Positions 36,252 to 46,959 of a stretch of DNA of 51,967 nt are shown piece after piece (positions within the stretch are counted from its first letter, which is position 1; each line of letters starts with the position of its first letter). Source of the DNA: a virus (taxonomy: Duplodnaviria; Caudoviricetes); IMG/VR virus record IMGVR_UViG_3300044798_000130, positions 1 through 51,967 of that record; one strand, written 5' to 3'. A program made the translations under genes and the position numbers. The notes below the pieces were generated by a model that had not been told where the DNA came from, did not search any database, and saw nothing but the letters and a program-made list of their open reading frames with translations.

Positions 36252-36571
36252 CTCTCTTGCCCCAACGGAACCTGTCTATATGCAATCTTCAAAGCATCCT
36301 TATCCGATCCTCGGACCTTGAAAGGCTTCTGGAAGGCAGGCAACCTAAACTCTGTAATTCCCCTGGCTATCAGCTCATCGCCTAGAGCCTTTCGTCTTGC
36401 TTCGGCTCCCCAAGGCAACGGGCTTGTTTCGTTGGCAGCCTCATGCATATATGCCTTGATTAGTTCTTGGTCATCCACAGTAACACCTCTCCTTCCCATC
36501 ATATCCACATTCCGAGCAACATATGAAGGGCCAGCATGCATCATGATAAGCCTCGAAGTTCCTGGTATCAA
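36248..36571 (-). CDS. Hypothetical protein (start uncertain)
   Basis: Early operon ORF. Confidence 0.45.
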   Translation of the reverse strand: MIPGTSRLIMMHAGPSYVARNVDMMGRRGVTVDDQELIKAYMHEAANETSPLPWGAEARRKALGDELIARGITEFRLPAFQKPFKVRGSDKDALKIAYRQVPLGQER

Positions 36572-36967
36572 ATCTCTTGCCCTGCTCGGAATTAAAGCCT
36601 TGATGACAGGTTGGACAAATCATAGCATCCACCATATTTTATTTTTATCATGCCACACAACCGGCTCTCTGGAATGCAAAATTATTTCCCCATTGCACAA
36701 AACTCTGCAAAAATATTTGGCAATAGGTCGCGGCTCCTTGTCAAACCTCATATTTCATTATCACCTCTCCTTCAGGTCCCCTTGCCCCCTTCCGCACATG
36801 ATCCGGGTACTGGCAAGTCCAATGAAGCTTGCCATAGTCGTCGGTATGTACCTCATCGGCCCAATAGTACAAGTCGCTGCCTATCTGAATGCCTATAGAA
36901 TGGCCGCCATTTATCGCAGATCGCTCCTGGGCATTTCGAAGAGCGGTATTCTTCCAAGGATCGGGAT

Positions 36968-37225
36968 TCATTTCGATCTCCAGTATTTTCCATTTTTCCC
37001 ACATTTATCAAACCGTTCTCCAAACACGTGCTCAGATAACGTCTTTCCTTGCCGTCTTTCGCTATTACAATCTAGCAACTTTCCATGATATACAGCTTCA
37101 CCACTTACCAGATCGATTGTTTTGGTCTGCAACCGACGGCAAAAATCTTCTGGGATTATAGGCAGATCGTAGTTCTTGCACATTTGCACGAAATTCGCAC
37201 AATTGGCGCAAAACAGATCGGTCAT
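36968..37225 (-). CDS. Cys-rich hypothetical protein
   Basis: CANC...C...C.SER...CGKNGKYW pattern. Confidence 0.55.
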   Translation of the reverse strand: MTDLFCANCANFVQMCKNYDLPIIPEDFCRRLQTKTIDLVSGEAVYHGKLLDCNSERRQGKTLSEHVFGERFDKCGKNGKYWRSK

Positions 37226-37429
37226 TTCTTTCCCCGCTTCTTCCTGGCAACATCCTTCTTAGCATTTCTAGCAGCTACATCGATGCTATGGGCCGCCTTC
37301 ATCACCGTGGCCTCTTTCGCCTTTTCTGCCTCTGTCATCTTTCTAAGCCGCCAATCTTGGCAAGTTCCTGATAGGGCAATCATCTTTTCTGGTTTACATC
37401 TCGGAAGATTTATATTATAGAAACAATAT

Positions 37430-37651
37430 TTACATCTGCCTTTCATCTCTTCCATATAGATCAGTGCTCCATGTAATTACCCACACCGTGCCATTCCCGG
37501 TCCAATTGCCGCTACCAATCTCTATTATGGTTTCATTTGTCCCATTCCCAATAGCATTGCCGGAAACAGATAGCTCCATGCCAGTAGATAGCCCAATTAG
37601 CAGGAGCAAAAATATGGCAAGCAACTCCACCAATGCCATCCCTTCCACCAA
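37430..37651 (-). CDS. Small secreted sequon-rich protein
   Basis: Hydrophobic LLAIFLLLLIGLSTG; sequons NGT, NET, NWT, NGT. Confidence 0.55.
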   Translation of the reverse strand: MVEGMALVELLAIFLLLLIGLSTGMELSVSGNAIGNGTNETIIEIGSGNWTGNGTVWVITWSTDLYGRDERQM

Positions 37652-37790
37652 GGTTGCTTTTCTTTAGCGGACTGTAATAACTCATTTGCGGTATCTCTCT
37701 TGTATTTTTCGTATGCGTCTGGGGTGATATATACTCTCCTAAATAGGGTCTCTGCTATCTGAAATTCGCTCATAATCTCGGACATCTTCC

Positions 37791-38114
37791 TCATAGCTTG
37801 CCCTCGCATTTCAGCATATCCCTATGTACCTCGATAATGGCCGTTCGCCGCTCTTCGGGCAGGTCGCTCCAGCCTATCCGGCGATCAAATCCTACTATGT
37901 GCCCTTCGCCTATCGCCGCCTGGTATCGCTGGAAGTTGTGGAGGGAGATTGCTTCCGCCTCACATAGCAAGCCTTCCAGCTCTGTTATTCGATCCAGCGC
38001 AGATGGTAAAAGCAACGCCGCTTCTTCTAGATTCGTTTCGGGGTCCCCTTTCCAATTCTTGTATCGATCGCATAGCTCATTGGCCTTTTCCATGTCAAAT
38101 TTCAATTCACCCAT
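37791..38114 (-). CDS. Hypothetical protein
   Basis: GGTGA RBS; helical. Confidence 0.55.
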   Translation of the reverse strand: MGELKFDMEKANELCDRYKNWKGDPETNLEEAALLLPSALDRITELEGLLCEAEAISLHNFQRYQAAIGEGHIVGFDRRIGWSDLPEERRTAIIEVHRDMLKCEGKL

Positions 38115-38220
38115 GATATCACCACATTCTTTCCCATCATTGGCCGCAATTTAGCCGCTTTGCGTTTTGGAATCTGAATCATGACCACCGCGAACTCCTC
38201 ATCCTCTATTATGTCTTTCA

Positions 38221-38577
38221 CTATTCCGAGCATTTGTCATCCTTCCATATTTTGGAGCATTCTTGTCTCTTGGTATCGTTGGTAGCATGGCCTGTAAATG
38301 CGGCCTTATGCGGCTTGATCCCTTTCATATTTTCAAGCCATTTTGGTAACAGGTTTCCCGATGAATCGAAAAAGTCATCATGGAAGTACCAGGTACTGCC
38401 CACCAGAACCAAAGGAGCGGCCTGTACCCAAATATTCGTTTCGCACAGCACGCGGGCCATCACCGTCGCGTCCAGAGTTTTCTCCTCATAGGCGATCTGA
38501 GCCTCCTGGAAGGCAGCTTTCAGGATCTTGCATCTCGGACAGTCGTTGGTTGAATATATTTTCAGGCTCATAAGCAA
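38221..38577 (-). CDS. Glutaredoxin/NrdH-like protein
   Basis: IYSTNDCPRCKILK, QAAPLV. Confidence 0.8.
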   Translation of the reverse strand: MLMSLKIYSTNDCPRCKILKAAFQEAQIAYEEKTLDATVMARVLCETNIWVQAAPLVLVGSTWYFHDDFFDSSGNLLPKWLENMKGIKPHKAAFTGHATNDTKRQECSKIWKDDKCSE

Positions 38578-38937
38578 TATACCTCGCTGCTATTCGGTAT
38601 GTCCATATAGGAAGGCAGATTGCATTCATATTCCAGCATTTCGGCATTCATCTCTCGCGCTTCTTCCAGATCGCTTGCCCGCAATCCTTTTGCGCCTCTC
38701 TTCTGACTCATTCCATATCACCAAGTCGCTCAACTTCCGCCCGCCACTTTCCAGCGCATAATAGATGAAATTGCAGCTCCTCTTTCGCATTGGCAAGTGC
38801 CTCCTCTCGCGGGATCAGGATGCTCGTGGGCTTTGGTTCCGCCCGCTGCATCAATGGGTGGCTGCTTGATACCATGATTTTTCGCTCAGCTACGCATATT
38901 GGACAGGAGCATCCTACCTCGTGCCCTGGTATCTGGT

Positions 38938-39225
38938 CTATGATTGGCATTTTTTATCTCCTCTTTTTCTACCGTTGTGGTACTTCCCGCAGACGATGTC
39001 AACCACGGCATTTCTGGTACATCCAAAATCCCGTGCGGTTGCGTCCCATGACTCTCCCATCAGGCATCGATAGATTCTGATCGCCTCTGCTGTAATTCCA
39101 TCGATCGATTTTGCTCTAGGAATTGGTATTTTCGCCGGTCGAGTTTTCCGTTTTTGAGCATGGATGGGTTGAACATATGGAAATTCGTCTATCTCATCCT
39201 GCTCAAGCATTATGACTTGGGACAT
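38938..39225 (-). CDS. HTH-containing hypothetical protein
   Basis: GESWDATARDFGCTRNAVVDIVCGK. Confidence 0.55.
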   Translation of the reverse strand: MSQVIMLEQDEIDEFPYVQPIHAQKRKTRPAKIPIPRAKSIDGITAEAIRIYRCLMGESWDATARDFGCTRNAVVDIVCGKYHNGRKRGDKKCQS

Positions 39226-39491
39226 CCAACCACCCGGTAAGAATCATGCCATCTTTCTATCTGGCCTGCCTTATGTAAGGCCGCCAAATGCCCTAAAACC
39301 GCGTTTCTCCCTTGGAAGCAACATAACTCTACATCAAACCTAGAACATGGCCCATTGGCCGCTATATAGTCCAGGATCTCAGTTCTGTCTCGCTTACAAT
39401 CTGATGTTCGACCATTTCTGGGATGCTCGGAGCGATGCTTAAGTAGGCTCATATCTCGCCAGATAGAAAGGCCATCCGTGAGATACTTCAT
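39210..39491 (-). CDS. Winged-helix protein
   Basis: EILDYIAANGPCSRFDV...AVLGHLAALHKAGQIE. Confidence 0.65.
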   Translation of the reverse strand: MKYLTDGLSIWRDMSLLKHRSEHPRNGRTSDCKRDRTEILDYIAANGPCSRFDVELCCFQGRNAVLGHLAALHKAGQIERWHDSYRVVGCPKS

Positions 39492-39570
39492 GCAGGCAAC
39501 CTAGGATTCCTGGCCAGGAATAGCCACCAAGTACACAATGCTAAAATTCCAACTATGAATGCTTCTATGA

Positions 39571-39816
39571 TCATGGGTTGCCCCCGAGCGCCCCCTCTAT
39601 TTGCTTAGCCAATCCGGCGATCTCCCGGCCTCTGGTGGTGATGCATACATTCAGCCAGTCTCTGAATATCAGGCCATTCTTTTGCAGAAGAAGCAAGCAC
39701 GGCTTGATGGTCTTTTGGTTTATTTGCAGCTTTTCGGATAGATACGTCTGCGTGACATCCTTTTCGCAAAGTAATCGCAGGATATCTATTTTCATTTCCA
39801 TTTTCGATCTACGCAT
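39571..39816 (-). CDS. Archaeal winged-helix regulator; first gene of an early operon
   Basis: MRRSKMEMKIDILR...L.KNGLI...ITTRGRE; leaderless after TATA near 39839..39848. Confidence 0.8.
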   Translation of the reverse strand: MRRSKMEMKIDILRLLCEKDVTQTYLSEKLQINQKTIKPCLLLLQKNGLIFRDWLNVCITTRGREIAGLAKQIEGALGGNP

Positions 39817-39909
39817 ATGGGGGTGTACGACCCAATACTACTTATAGCTGATGCTTGATCATGAAAAAATTGGATAAAAATGATGCGCGGGGTAGCTTAC
39901 GCGCGCAAC

Positions 39910-41424
39910 CTACTCAGGAACCCCATTGTGATAATTGCCTGTTGATATTGTCCCGGTCGCCAAATCGCGTAAACCCACAGTCGTGTTAAACATCCGATTA
40001 TATCGGACTGAATTATTTAATCCGGCTGTTAAATAAATATTCGAGTCGGACGAACTTCTAAAGGTATTAAAATCAATTGCGTTTTCCGAAAACCCCGTTG
40101 GAGTAGTAGCTAACACTAAAATACCAACCTCTCCATTATCAATCATGTTGTGGTTGATATCCCATCGGTTGATCCTTTCATAATCAGTACTACCAACCGA
40201 CTGAAAAAGCATTGCATAATTCGGTGCAGTTGCATTCAGATTGCGAATGTCACAATTGGAAATTCTACCTCCGGTCAATGGCAACCCCTCTCCTCGTACC
40301 CATAACGCGACCCCCATAAATTGTCCTTGAGTCGCTATGTAACTACCAATTATCGACGGAGAATTGCATCCATGTAGCTTAACAGGCAATTCATCATTGT
40401 CGATCATGCACCCAATTATTGTGGGCGTGTCAATATATTGGAGCAAAATGCCATAATAGCATGATATAAAGGTGGAATCTACGATACGTATCCCGTATGC
40501 ATAGACAGATCGATCGGTGCGACCAGTGGCATAGATTCCGTGGTGTAAACTAACAAAATAGTTATTGGCCCACCCACAATTCCCATAATATGAAAACGCA
40601 TTTAACAGCTCGGCGCGAATCCCGACTGCGGTATTTGACGGGTTGTTACGGGCATCGTTCGGCCCCATCAACATATTATGACTTATATCGATACCTTCCA
40701 ATGCACTCAAATGAATGAGTGTGCCGGTACCCGCTTCTGATGTAAGAACGTTATGATCTATCTGCCAGTATAACATGTTTGGTGCGTGCGCCGCCTTGGA
40801 ACTATTTGTCCAGACTTCGACGCCCGTATTGGTGCCCGTCACATTGATACCCATTTCAGTTATATGCCAACGTACGGAAGGAATTTCGGATATGTTGATC
40901 AGTGGATTTACAGAACCCCGAACGCCAGTGGTGGGGCCATTGCCGGCCAGAACAACAGTATGATTTAATTGCAATGACGTAGATATATCAAACATATTAC
41001 ATAATTCTACTTTTCCTCCGAGGTTTAAGGCCGCTTGGATAGCGGTTGAATTACTGGAACTAATCGATAATGGCCAACCGTCTGCCCGCAGTGCCACGGC
41101 TCGTTGCAATCCCAACCAAGGCACCGTGAACAGGAACACTCTGGACGATGTTTGCGGAGCGAGTTGGCCGGATTGAACATATCCACTGTAGGATACGTTT
41201 CCACCCGGTTGCAAAAGTTGCGAATATGTCACCGCGTCCTGCTTCGCCGTGCCATTTACTACGTCATGGATCTGGGTATAAACATGATCGGTCCAATTGT
41301 AAGTAATGTTGATCGGACCGCCTGCAAATTCGGACCAATCGATTTGCGTCGACGCATCCAGTTTTACGGCACCCACGCCGCTTATAAGCAGCGCCAGTGA
41401 TAATAGAATAATAATAAATTTCAT
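39910..41424 (-). CDS. Signal-peptide-bearing parallel beta-helix protein (tailspike/pectin-lyase-like)
   Basis: MKFIIILLSLALLISGVGA; QDAVTYSQL neck; STAIQAALN cap; repeated I..N/GI strands; 12 N-X-S/T sequons. Confidence 0.8.
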   Translation of the reverse strand: MKFIIILLSLALLISGVGAVKLDASTQIDWSEFAGGPINITYNWTDHVYTQIHDVVNGTAKQDAVTYSQLLQPGGNVSYSGYVQSGQLAPQTSSRVFLFTVPWLGLQRAVALRADGWPLSISSSNSTAIQAALNLGGKVELCNMFDISTSLQLNHTVVLAGNGPTTGVRGSVNPLINISEIPSVRWHITEMGINVTGTNTGVEVWTNSSKAAHAPNMLYWQIDHNVLTSEAGTGTLIHLSALEGIDISHNMLMGPNDARNNPSNTAVGIRAELLNAFSYYGNCGWANNYFVSLHHGIYATGRTDRSVYAYGIRIVDSTFISCYYGILLQYIDTPTIIGCMIDNDELPVKLHGCNSPSIIGSYIATQGQFMGVALWVRGEGLPLTGGRISNCDIRNLNATAPNYAMLFQSVGSTDYERINRWDINHNMIDNGEVGILVLATTPTGFSENAIDFNTFRSSSDSNIYLTAGLNNSVRYNRMFNTTVGLRDLATGTISTGNYHNGVPE

Positions 41425-41433
41425 AACATCTCC

Positions 41434-42396
41434 TCAAATTACCTGATAATCTCCCATACCCACGTTGCAATGGGGTGTCTGTGCATTCCCGGCGAACCAG
41501 CCCACTAGATAGAAATTGGTAATCAGATTTTCAATCTTGCCCTCGACGATGCCATTAGCATCTGCCTCCACCGAAATGAAGCAGTGCTGACTATCGTGAT
41601 ATTCATCGATTGCCCCTCCATTTTTTCGCAGGGCATAACTGTATGCAGTGGCAGTACCATCATCCATGACCTCAAACAGGCCGACCTTTGCTCCGACCGG
41701 CAAAGCAGTAAGATCGGTGTAGGCACTCACTCCCGCGAGAGAATAATCATTGGTCGCTTTGTCTCTGAGGAAAGTGCCTAGACTCTCGCCTTCGATGTAT
41801 CCTATCAGATATAGACCCACGTAACCGGAATCTGCATACTGTTCGCATTTTCTATCCGTGCATTTCATCACCGCGAGATGACAAGACCCTCCTCTGATCT
41901 CTGCTTTCAGATCGTCCGTGCTTCCATCGTCTCGGATTCCAAATAATAGGTCCGAGCCAGAGCTGATGCTTTTCACTATGAATATCAATGCAATTGCGGT
42001 GGTCGGGACATGCGTAGTACAATCGACATCCGCCCATGCATCATATGTATCGGCGGATACGTTTATTTCAGCAGCCAAGAAGGTGAATCCTGCCGTCATG
42101 TAACCGACAACATAGACTTTTATTGCCGTTTTGCTCGATGCATAAATCTGGAATGCATCATTGACATCTACGCCGCACCATGCACCAAACATCCTCGCTG
42201 GATTGCTGGTGCTTTTTATTGCGATCGTGCTGCCCTTAGCACGACAACCAAAAACAGCATTATTTGCCACGACCTGCAAGGCAACGCCGGTCACTCCCGC
42301 GGAGGGCAAAGTCGCATATAGATTGAGATCGATGTCGGTCCATTTACTCGTTACGGTTATCGGAACCAAAACGGGAGTTACTGGAAAGTATGGCAT
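41434..42396 (-). CDS. Tail fibre/receptor-binding protein with three repeated domains
   Basis: WTDIDL / WADVDC / YTDLT units, each with an FG.R..GS-like segment and a YxxG(Y/W) end. Confidence 0.65.
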   Translation of the reverse strand: MPYFPVTPVLVPITVTSKWTDIDLNLYATLPSAGVTGVALQVVANNAVFGCRAKGSTIAIKSTSNPARMFGAWCGVDVNDAFQIYASSKTAIKVYVVGYMTAGFTFLAAEINVSADTYDAWADVDCTTHVPTTAIALIFIVKSISSGSDLLFGIRDDGSTDDLKAEIRGGSCHLAVMKCTDRKCEQYADSGYVGLYLIGYIEGESLGTFLRDKATNDYSLAGVSAYTDLTALPVGAKVGLFEVMDDGTATAYSYALRKNGGAIDEYHDSQHCFISVEADANGIVEGKIENLITNFYLVGWFAGNAQTPHCNVGMGDYQVI

Positions 42397-42399
42397 GAT

Positions 42400-43866
42400 C
42401 TACTCCGAGTGCTTGTTGATACCGATTTTCACTTTTACAGCCAGGACATAGATCGTCTCATCTAGTAGATCGGTGGCATGCGTTGGATTGCGATACAACC
42501 GCAGTGCGCAGGTGGACCCGGCCACTGGCGTGCCGCCCAATGTAAATGGACCGATTATCGCAGTTCTAAGCCTCGTGTTGGCCGTGCCATTAGCAGCATC
42601 GGTGACCTCTGCCGCCGTGCCCCACGCAGTCGTGACAAATGAATCGCCGTCTCTTACTGCCATTCCCTGAATGCCGAATCTAACGCCGTTGCTTGTGGTT
42701 CCGGTGCTATAATATGTCACATATGCGTATAGTGGCTGAAGATCATATCCCTCCGGAAGTTCCAGATCATTTGTTGCATATTTTTGGGAAGTATGGACGA
42801 ATCCAAGAGATAAAATATTTAATAGACTGGTAGCAAATTCAACTTGCGTAGCTATTATGCATCCACCGGTCGTGGTGGCTATCCAAGATCCGGCTTTGAG
42901 TGTTACTGATATGTATTTTTTAGCAAAAGAATCCGCCGTCTTCCTCTTCATGGTGCCGTTTTCCGACACAATCAGGTGATCAGTAGTACCGACTGGTGCT
43001 GTAGTGCTTGCGGTTTCCGCAACAAGAACCGCATTTACCACGGTTACCGGAGTACCTGCTCCCTTCACGGCCACGCCGGTATCTGCCCATGCACATAGTT
43101 GGTCTGCAACTGCAGAACCGCTCTTGGTCAGGGTGCCGGTTCCCGTGCCGTCCTCACCGCCCGTGGCATGCGGTGCCCATGCAGTGGTATATGTAGCCCC
43201 AACAACCGGCTCAGTGGTGGCTCCCGATGTATGTCCCGATGTGCAAATCCAAGATCCTATGCCGTGGCCGCTTTCGGCATGCTGTACGATATCATTGAGA
43301 GCATAATAGGTTGCAGTAATCCATGTGCCTTTCTGAGTCAGGGTGCCAGGACTGCCAGAGGAGCCTCGTTGTCCTTGTGTACCTGCGCAAAATATTTCCC
43401 AATAAGCAGAGGGAATTACAGCAAGTGCATATGTAGAGGTAACTATATATGAAACTAGAATTTTCGTTCCTGCTGGCAATAAGTCGGTGAAAATGATTTG
43501 TTTCGATGCGCCAACCGTGGTATAATCAGTTGTTCTTGTTTGGACAAGTCCATTGATGGTGACGATCTCGTTCCCGTCTGCAAAAACGTTATCTACAGTG
43601 AACGTGGTCAATACGCCATTTGGCTCTTCGTTGACCTTTTCGCTTAGAATAATGCCGCCTGCGTCCCCGGTTGCAGCCAAATCCGGCATATTGGCGGCGG
43701 AAGACGCGTGCTGCGCCTTGCATGTAAATGATGCCCCTAAATTATAGACCGTATCACCTACGGCATAATCTTCTGCTGTTAGCCATTGGCCACGTTGCAA
43801 TAACGGCACCGCCGTTCCTATTGTTACATATTTTTCAATTGGAGCTGTCATGAAAACCTCAAACAA
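42400..43866 (-). CDS. Tail fibre with two CBM5/12-like modules
   Basis: GQWLTAEDYAVGDTV...C...H and GTWITATYYALNDIV...WIC...H; PNGVLTTFT...NGLVQ...DYT. Confidence 0.7.
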   Translation of the reverse strand: MFEVFMTAPIEKYVTIGTAVPLLQRGQWLTAEDYAVGDTVYNLGASFTCKAQHASSAANMPDLAATGDAGGIILSEKVNEEPNGVLTTFTVDNVFADGNEIVTINGLVQTRTTDYTTVGASKQIIFTDLLPAGTKILVSYIVTSTYALAVIPSAYWEIFCAGTQGQRGSSGSPGTLTQKGTWITATYYALNDIVQHAESGHGIGSWICTSGHTSGATTEPVVGATYTTAWAPHATGGEDGTGTGTLTKSGSAVADQLCAWADTGVAVKGAGTPVTVVNAVLVAETASTTAPVGTTDHLIVSENGTMKRKTADSFAKKYISVTLKAGSWIATTTGGCIIATQVEFATSLLNILSLGFVHTSQKYATNDLELPEGYDLQPLYAYVTYYSTGTTSNGVRFGIQGMAVRDGDSFVTTAWGTAAEVTDAANGTANTRLRTAIIGPFTLGGTPVAGSTCALRLYRNPTHATDLLDETIYVLAVKVKIGINKHSE

Positions 43867-45007
43867 TATCGCGATATGTGGCCTGCAAGTAGGTCAACAG
43901 ATGATTGGAGCCTTCTTCATCAAAAATGGTTAGCGTTGCAGTATCATCAGGATCTATTACAGGAATATAATTCTTAGAAATGTATCTATCAACTTGTGCC
44001 CTAAATTTGGATATGGTCACGCCGTCTGTTGCTCCCGTGGTTATGCCAACAGAAACAAAGGTTGCCCCAATGGCCTCATTGGGAAAATATATCTCATTCT
44101 TCCCCACTACCAATGGATCACTATCTATAGCAGCGATGTCCGAAAGATCAGATGCATAGGCAATATCAATAGCAGGAGCACCAATGATATCAGATACATC
44201 AACTTCCATATATGGAACTGAAGAGAGCAGCAACGGACCATGAAAAGGCACCATCAATTTGGCATTTGCCCCCAACCGCAGGGCTTGGTAAGCCAGTGAC
44301 CCCCCCGTACCATAATCAAAAAACGTGTTGCCTCGGAGGTCTATCTGATGCTGAGCATACGTTTTTGGGAATTTCGTTTCGTATGAATGACGGCAATTCC
44401 CGAAACGATCCAAGACAAACCGATCTCCTCTCATCATGGCGGCGCATAGCAAAACTTCTTCATCGTCTATCGAATAGCCGAGGCCTCCAGTGTATACTCC
44501 TGCAACATATCCGCCGGATGCTAATATCTGATCCAATCCAGATTCATGAGAGCCCGTATTCTCGATCGTGGCCGGCACTGGAAGGCTAACATCCCTGGCA
44601 TACTTGATACCCTGCTCTGTGCCATAGAGCTTCCCATTGCCACAGACGACCTTGACATCACTATAATAGATTTGGCCGTCTTTTATTATCGTGCTCTTGG
44701 TTGGTGCAGCATGTGCATATTCGATATAGGATACTTGGTCTTCATTGAATGGGCAGAACTCCGCGCCGGGTGGTGCCGTGTTGAACTCTTTTCTGGCACG
44801 CTCGACATCGGCTCTGGTTATCGAGGCAATCTGGAAGGTATAAGTCTCTGGCTCCCACCCGCTTTCCTGTATCGTGGCCCGATCCATGCCAGAGACTGAG
44901 AAGTTGTCTATTTTACGGCCCGATCCAGAAGGGGCAGGCGTGTCATCCCAATCTACCAGTGGATATATTACCAGGCCATGAATAGAAACATATGCGATAT
45001 CGCTCAT
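43859..45007 (-). CDS. Distal tail/baseplate-type protein
   Basis: Position in the tail tip; IENTGS and ...ATYRD end. Confidence 0.5.
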   Translation of the reverse strand: MSDIAYVSIHGLVIYPLVDWDDTPAPSGSGRKIDNFSVSGMDRATIQESGWEPETYTFQIASITRADVERARKEFNTAPPGAEFCPFNEDQVSYIEYAHAAPTKSTIIKDGQIYYSDVKVVCGNGKLYGTEQGIKYARDVSLPVPATIENTGSHESGLDQILASGGYVAGVYTGGLGYSIDDEEVLLCAAMMRGDRFVLDRFGNCRHSYETKFPKTYAQHQIDLRGNTFFDYGTGGSLAYQALRLGANAKLMVPFHGPLLLSSVPYMEVDVSDIIGAPAIDIAYASDLSDIAAIDSDPLVVGKNEIYFPNEAIGATFVSVGITTGATDGVTISKFRAQVDRYISKNYIPVIDPDDTATLTIFDEEGSNHLLTYLQATYRDIV

Positions 45008-46959
45008 ATCGATAGCCTCTTATAGAATTTCATGTTGGCGGAAACCGATAGCTCTGGATGGTCTGCAAATTCGGTATGAACTTCTGCATATTCCTTTTCC
45101 ATGTGTACCCACAGTTTCACGGTATTGGTCTCATTGGCTGCTAGATATTTGGTGATATCTATTTCCGGCAGGCTTCCACTGCCTATACATCGAGCTACAA
45201 AGCTCGCCTCAGGAACTTCGTATACGGTGGGAGTCAAGGCTTCTCCGATGGTAGCCTCGATTGTCATCTCCACGGCGCACCGGCCAAATTCAATATCTTT
45301 CACGCCAAATGCATCTACCCAATAGGTCTCCCAATTTATTCCATGTCCCGGCTTCCTGCTTGTGATCGCAGCATGCGCTAAAATGCATCTGTATAGCCTG
45401 ATATCATCATCTTTCTCCTGGTAGACCTCATCACCTGCCACATAATCGTGTGGTGATTCCCAATTTTCGATGCTATCCAGTTTAGAAAGGCTGATTGAAA
45501 GTGTCACTCTGGGGTTGTTCTTAGTATCTGTTATGCCGGGCGGGACATAATATTCCAATTCACATGCGTCTGCTTTATGTTCTGGATCGGATAGATAGAA
45601 AGTGCCTGTCTTGGATACGGCATCATTCAGGTCTCGGAGATACTTGTCTGTAAATCCCCTAGGAAAACTATTCCTGGCATCTTCAACATCTACAAAATCT
45701 ATGGTCTTTGCGCCCAATTCGAATGATGTAACACCAGAAGAAGATTCTTCAATCGAGAAGCTGGATAATACCAGAGGCGGAGCATCTTTGGGGTAGAACT
45801 TGATGTAATCCCCCGGATACATCTGGAAAATTTTGTTTGATCCAATATTGTATTTGGAATCGATCTGTCGGGCTGCGAAAAGAGTATCGATTTTTGAAAT
45901 CAGTATGCCCAAATCGTCCCGGAATCCATTCTCGACCTCAAATTTCTCATATGCTCTCAGTCCGGTATATGTGGTGTCTTCCTTGCCATAATAATTTCCA
46001 CCCATGCCGATTCCAACGATGCCGTGTACCTTGGGATCGCTTGCAGTGGACTTTCCGATGCTACAGAATCCAGTTTCCCCCTCTCGGATGGTATAGAGGC
46101 CTCGTTCGCTGCCCCGGCCATCAGTTTTCATGATGTCTATGTAGGTGTAATTGGCATCATCTCGTATGCGAAGGAAAAACCCGCTGCTGTAGATACAATC
46201 AGCTATCAGATCTCCCATTTCGTCCAGGGATGTTTCCAGGTCACCGTTCAGGGTCTGGGTGGAATCCGCAACCTCTCCTAATCGTACCGTGGTATCGTAG
46301 GCATTTTCTATCAGCAGCCCGCCTAGCAAATACCAGCCATTTGACCGTAGATCCTCGATTCTGATGTAGATATCATCATCGTCTCTGAAGAACCCGCATT
46401 CTGTATAAGTCAGTGCTGCCAATGTTATACTGTCGGTTAGCTGCTTTGCGCCAGCATTTTCGCCGATGAATAGGTTCCTGGTGCCCCAAAAGGACGTCTT
46501 CCCATATCCAGCAAGCTTGATAATGCTTCTGGTGGCATCATAGATGGTGTAGGGCAGGCTCCTGGGAGGAATACTGTTGGCAATTGCGATCAGGCCAGGG
46601 ACGACTCCATTGGTCAGGGTGTCGGCGAAGAGCTTGCCAAAATCCACATCATCCATTGGGTAGAAATAATCCGGCGCAAATCGCGTATTTAGAAGGCCTT
46701 CAACTCCTGGACAGGCCCAGGTAGTCTTGCTATCGTTCTCTATATCGATATCGTTCGACTCAGCGTAGCAACGGGCTTTAACCATGCCATCATCGGTTGC
46801 CGTGATGAGATTGTATTGGTTGATAGGCACACGCCGATCAACCGTCAACTTCAGTTCCCTGGCATCGAGTCGGTTGAGTGTCTTTGGGCGGGAAAGATCC
46901 CACCCACACTCAATATCTCTGAGGACATTGCCGCTTTCTGTCTTGACATCGATCTTCAT
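45004..46959 (-). CDS. Tail tip/hub protein with CBM5/12-like module
   Basis: Follows TMP; WESPHDYVAGDEV...YRCILAH...WETYW. Confidence 0.6.
   Translation of the reverse strand: MKIDVKTESGNVLRDIECGWDLSRPKTLNRLDARELKLTVDRRVPINQYNLITATDDGMVKARCYAESNDIDIENDSKTTWACPGVEGLLNTRFAPDYFYPMDDVDFGKLFADTLTNGVVPGLIAIANSIPPRSLPYTIYDATRSIIKLAGYGKTSFWGTRNLFIGENAGAKQLTDSITLAALTYTECGFFRDDDDIYIRIEDLRSNGWYLLGGLLIENAYDTTVRLGEVADSTQTLNGDLETSLDEMGDLIADCIYSSGFFLRIRDDANYTYIDIMKTDGRGSERGLYTIREGETGFCSIGKSTASDPKVHGIVGIGMGGNYYGKEDTTYTGLRAYEKFEVENGFRDDLGILISKIDTLFAARQIDSKYNIGSNKIFQMYPGDYIKFYPKDAPPLVLSSFSIEESSSGVTSFELGAKTIDFVDVEDARNSFPRGFTDKYLRDLNDAVSKTGTFYLSDPEHKADACELEYYVPPGITDTKNNPRVTLSISLSKLDSIENWESPHDYVAGDEVYQEKDDDIRLYRCILAHAAITSRKPGHGINWETYWVDAFGVKDIEFGRCAVEMTIEATIGEALTPTVYEVPEASFVARCIGSGSLPEIDITKYLAANETNTVKLWVHMEKEYAEVHTEFADHPELSVSANMKFYKRLSI

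Noticed and set aside
36165-37088. 307-aa plus-strand ORF
   Set aside because: Overlaps several minus-strand ORFs that have RBSs and coupled junctions; no recognisable motif
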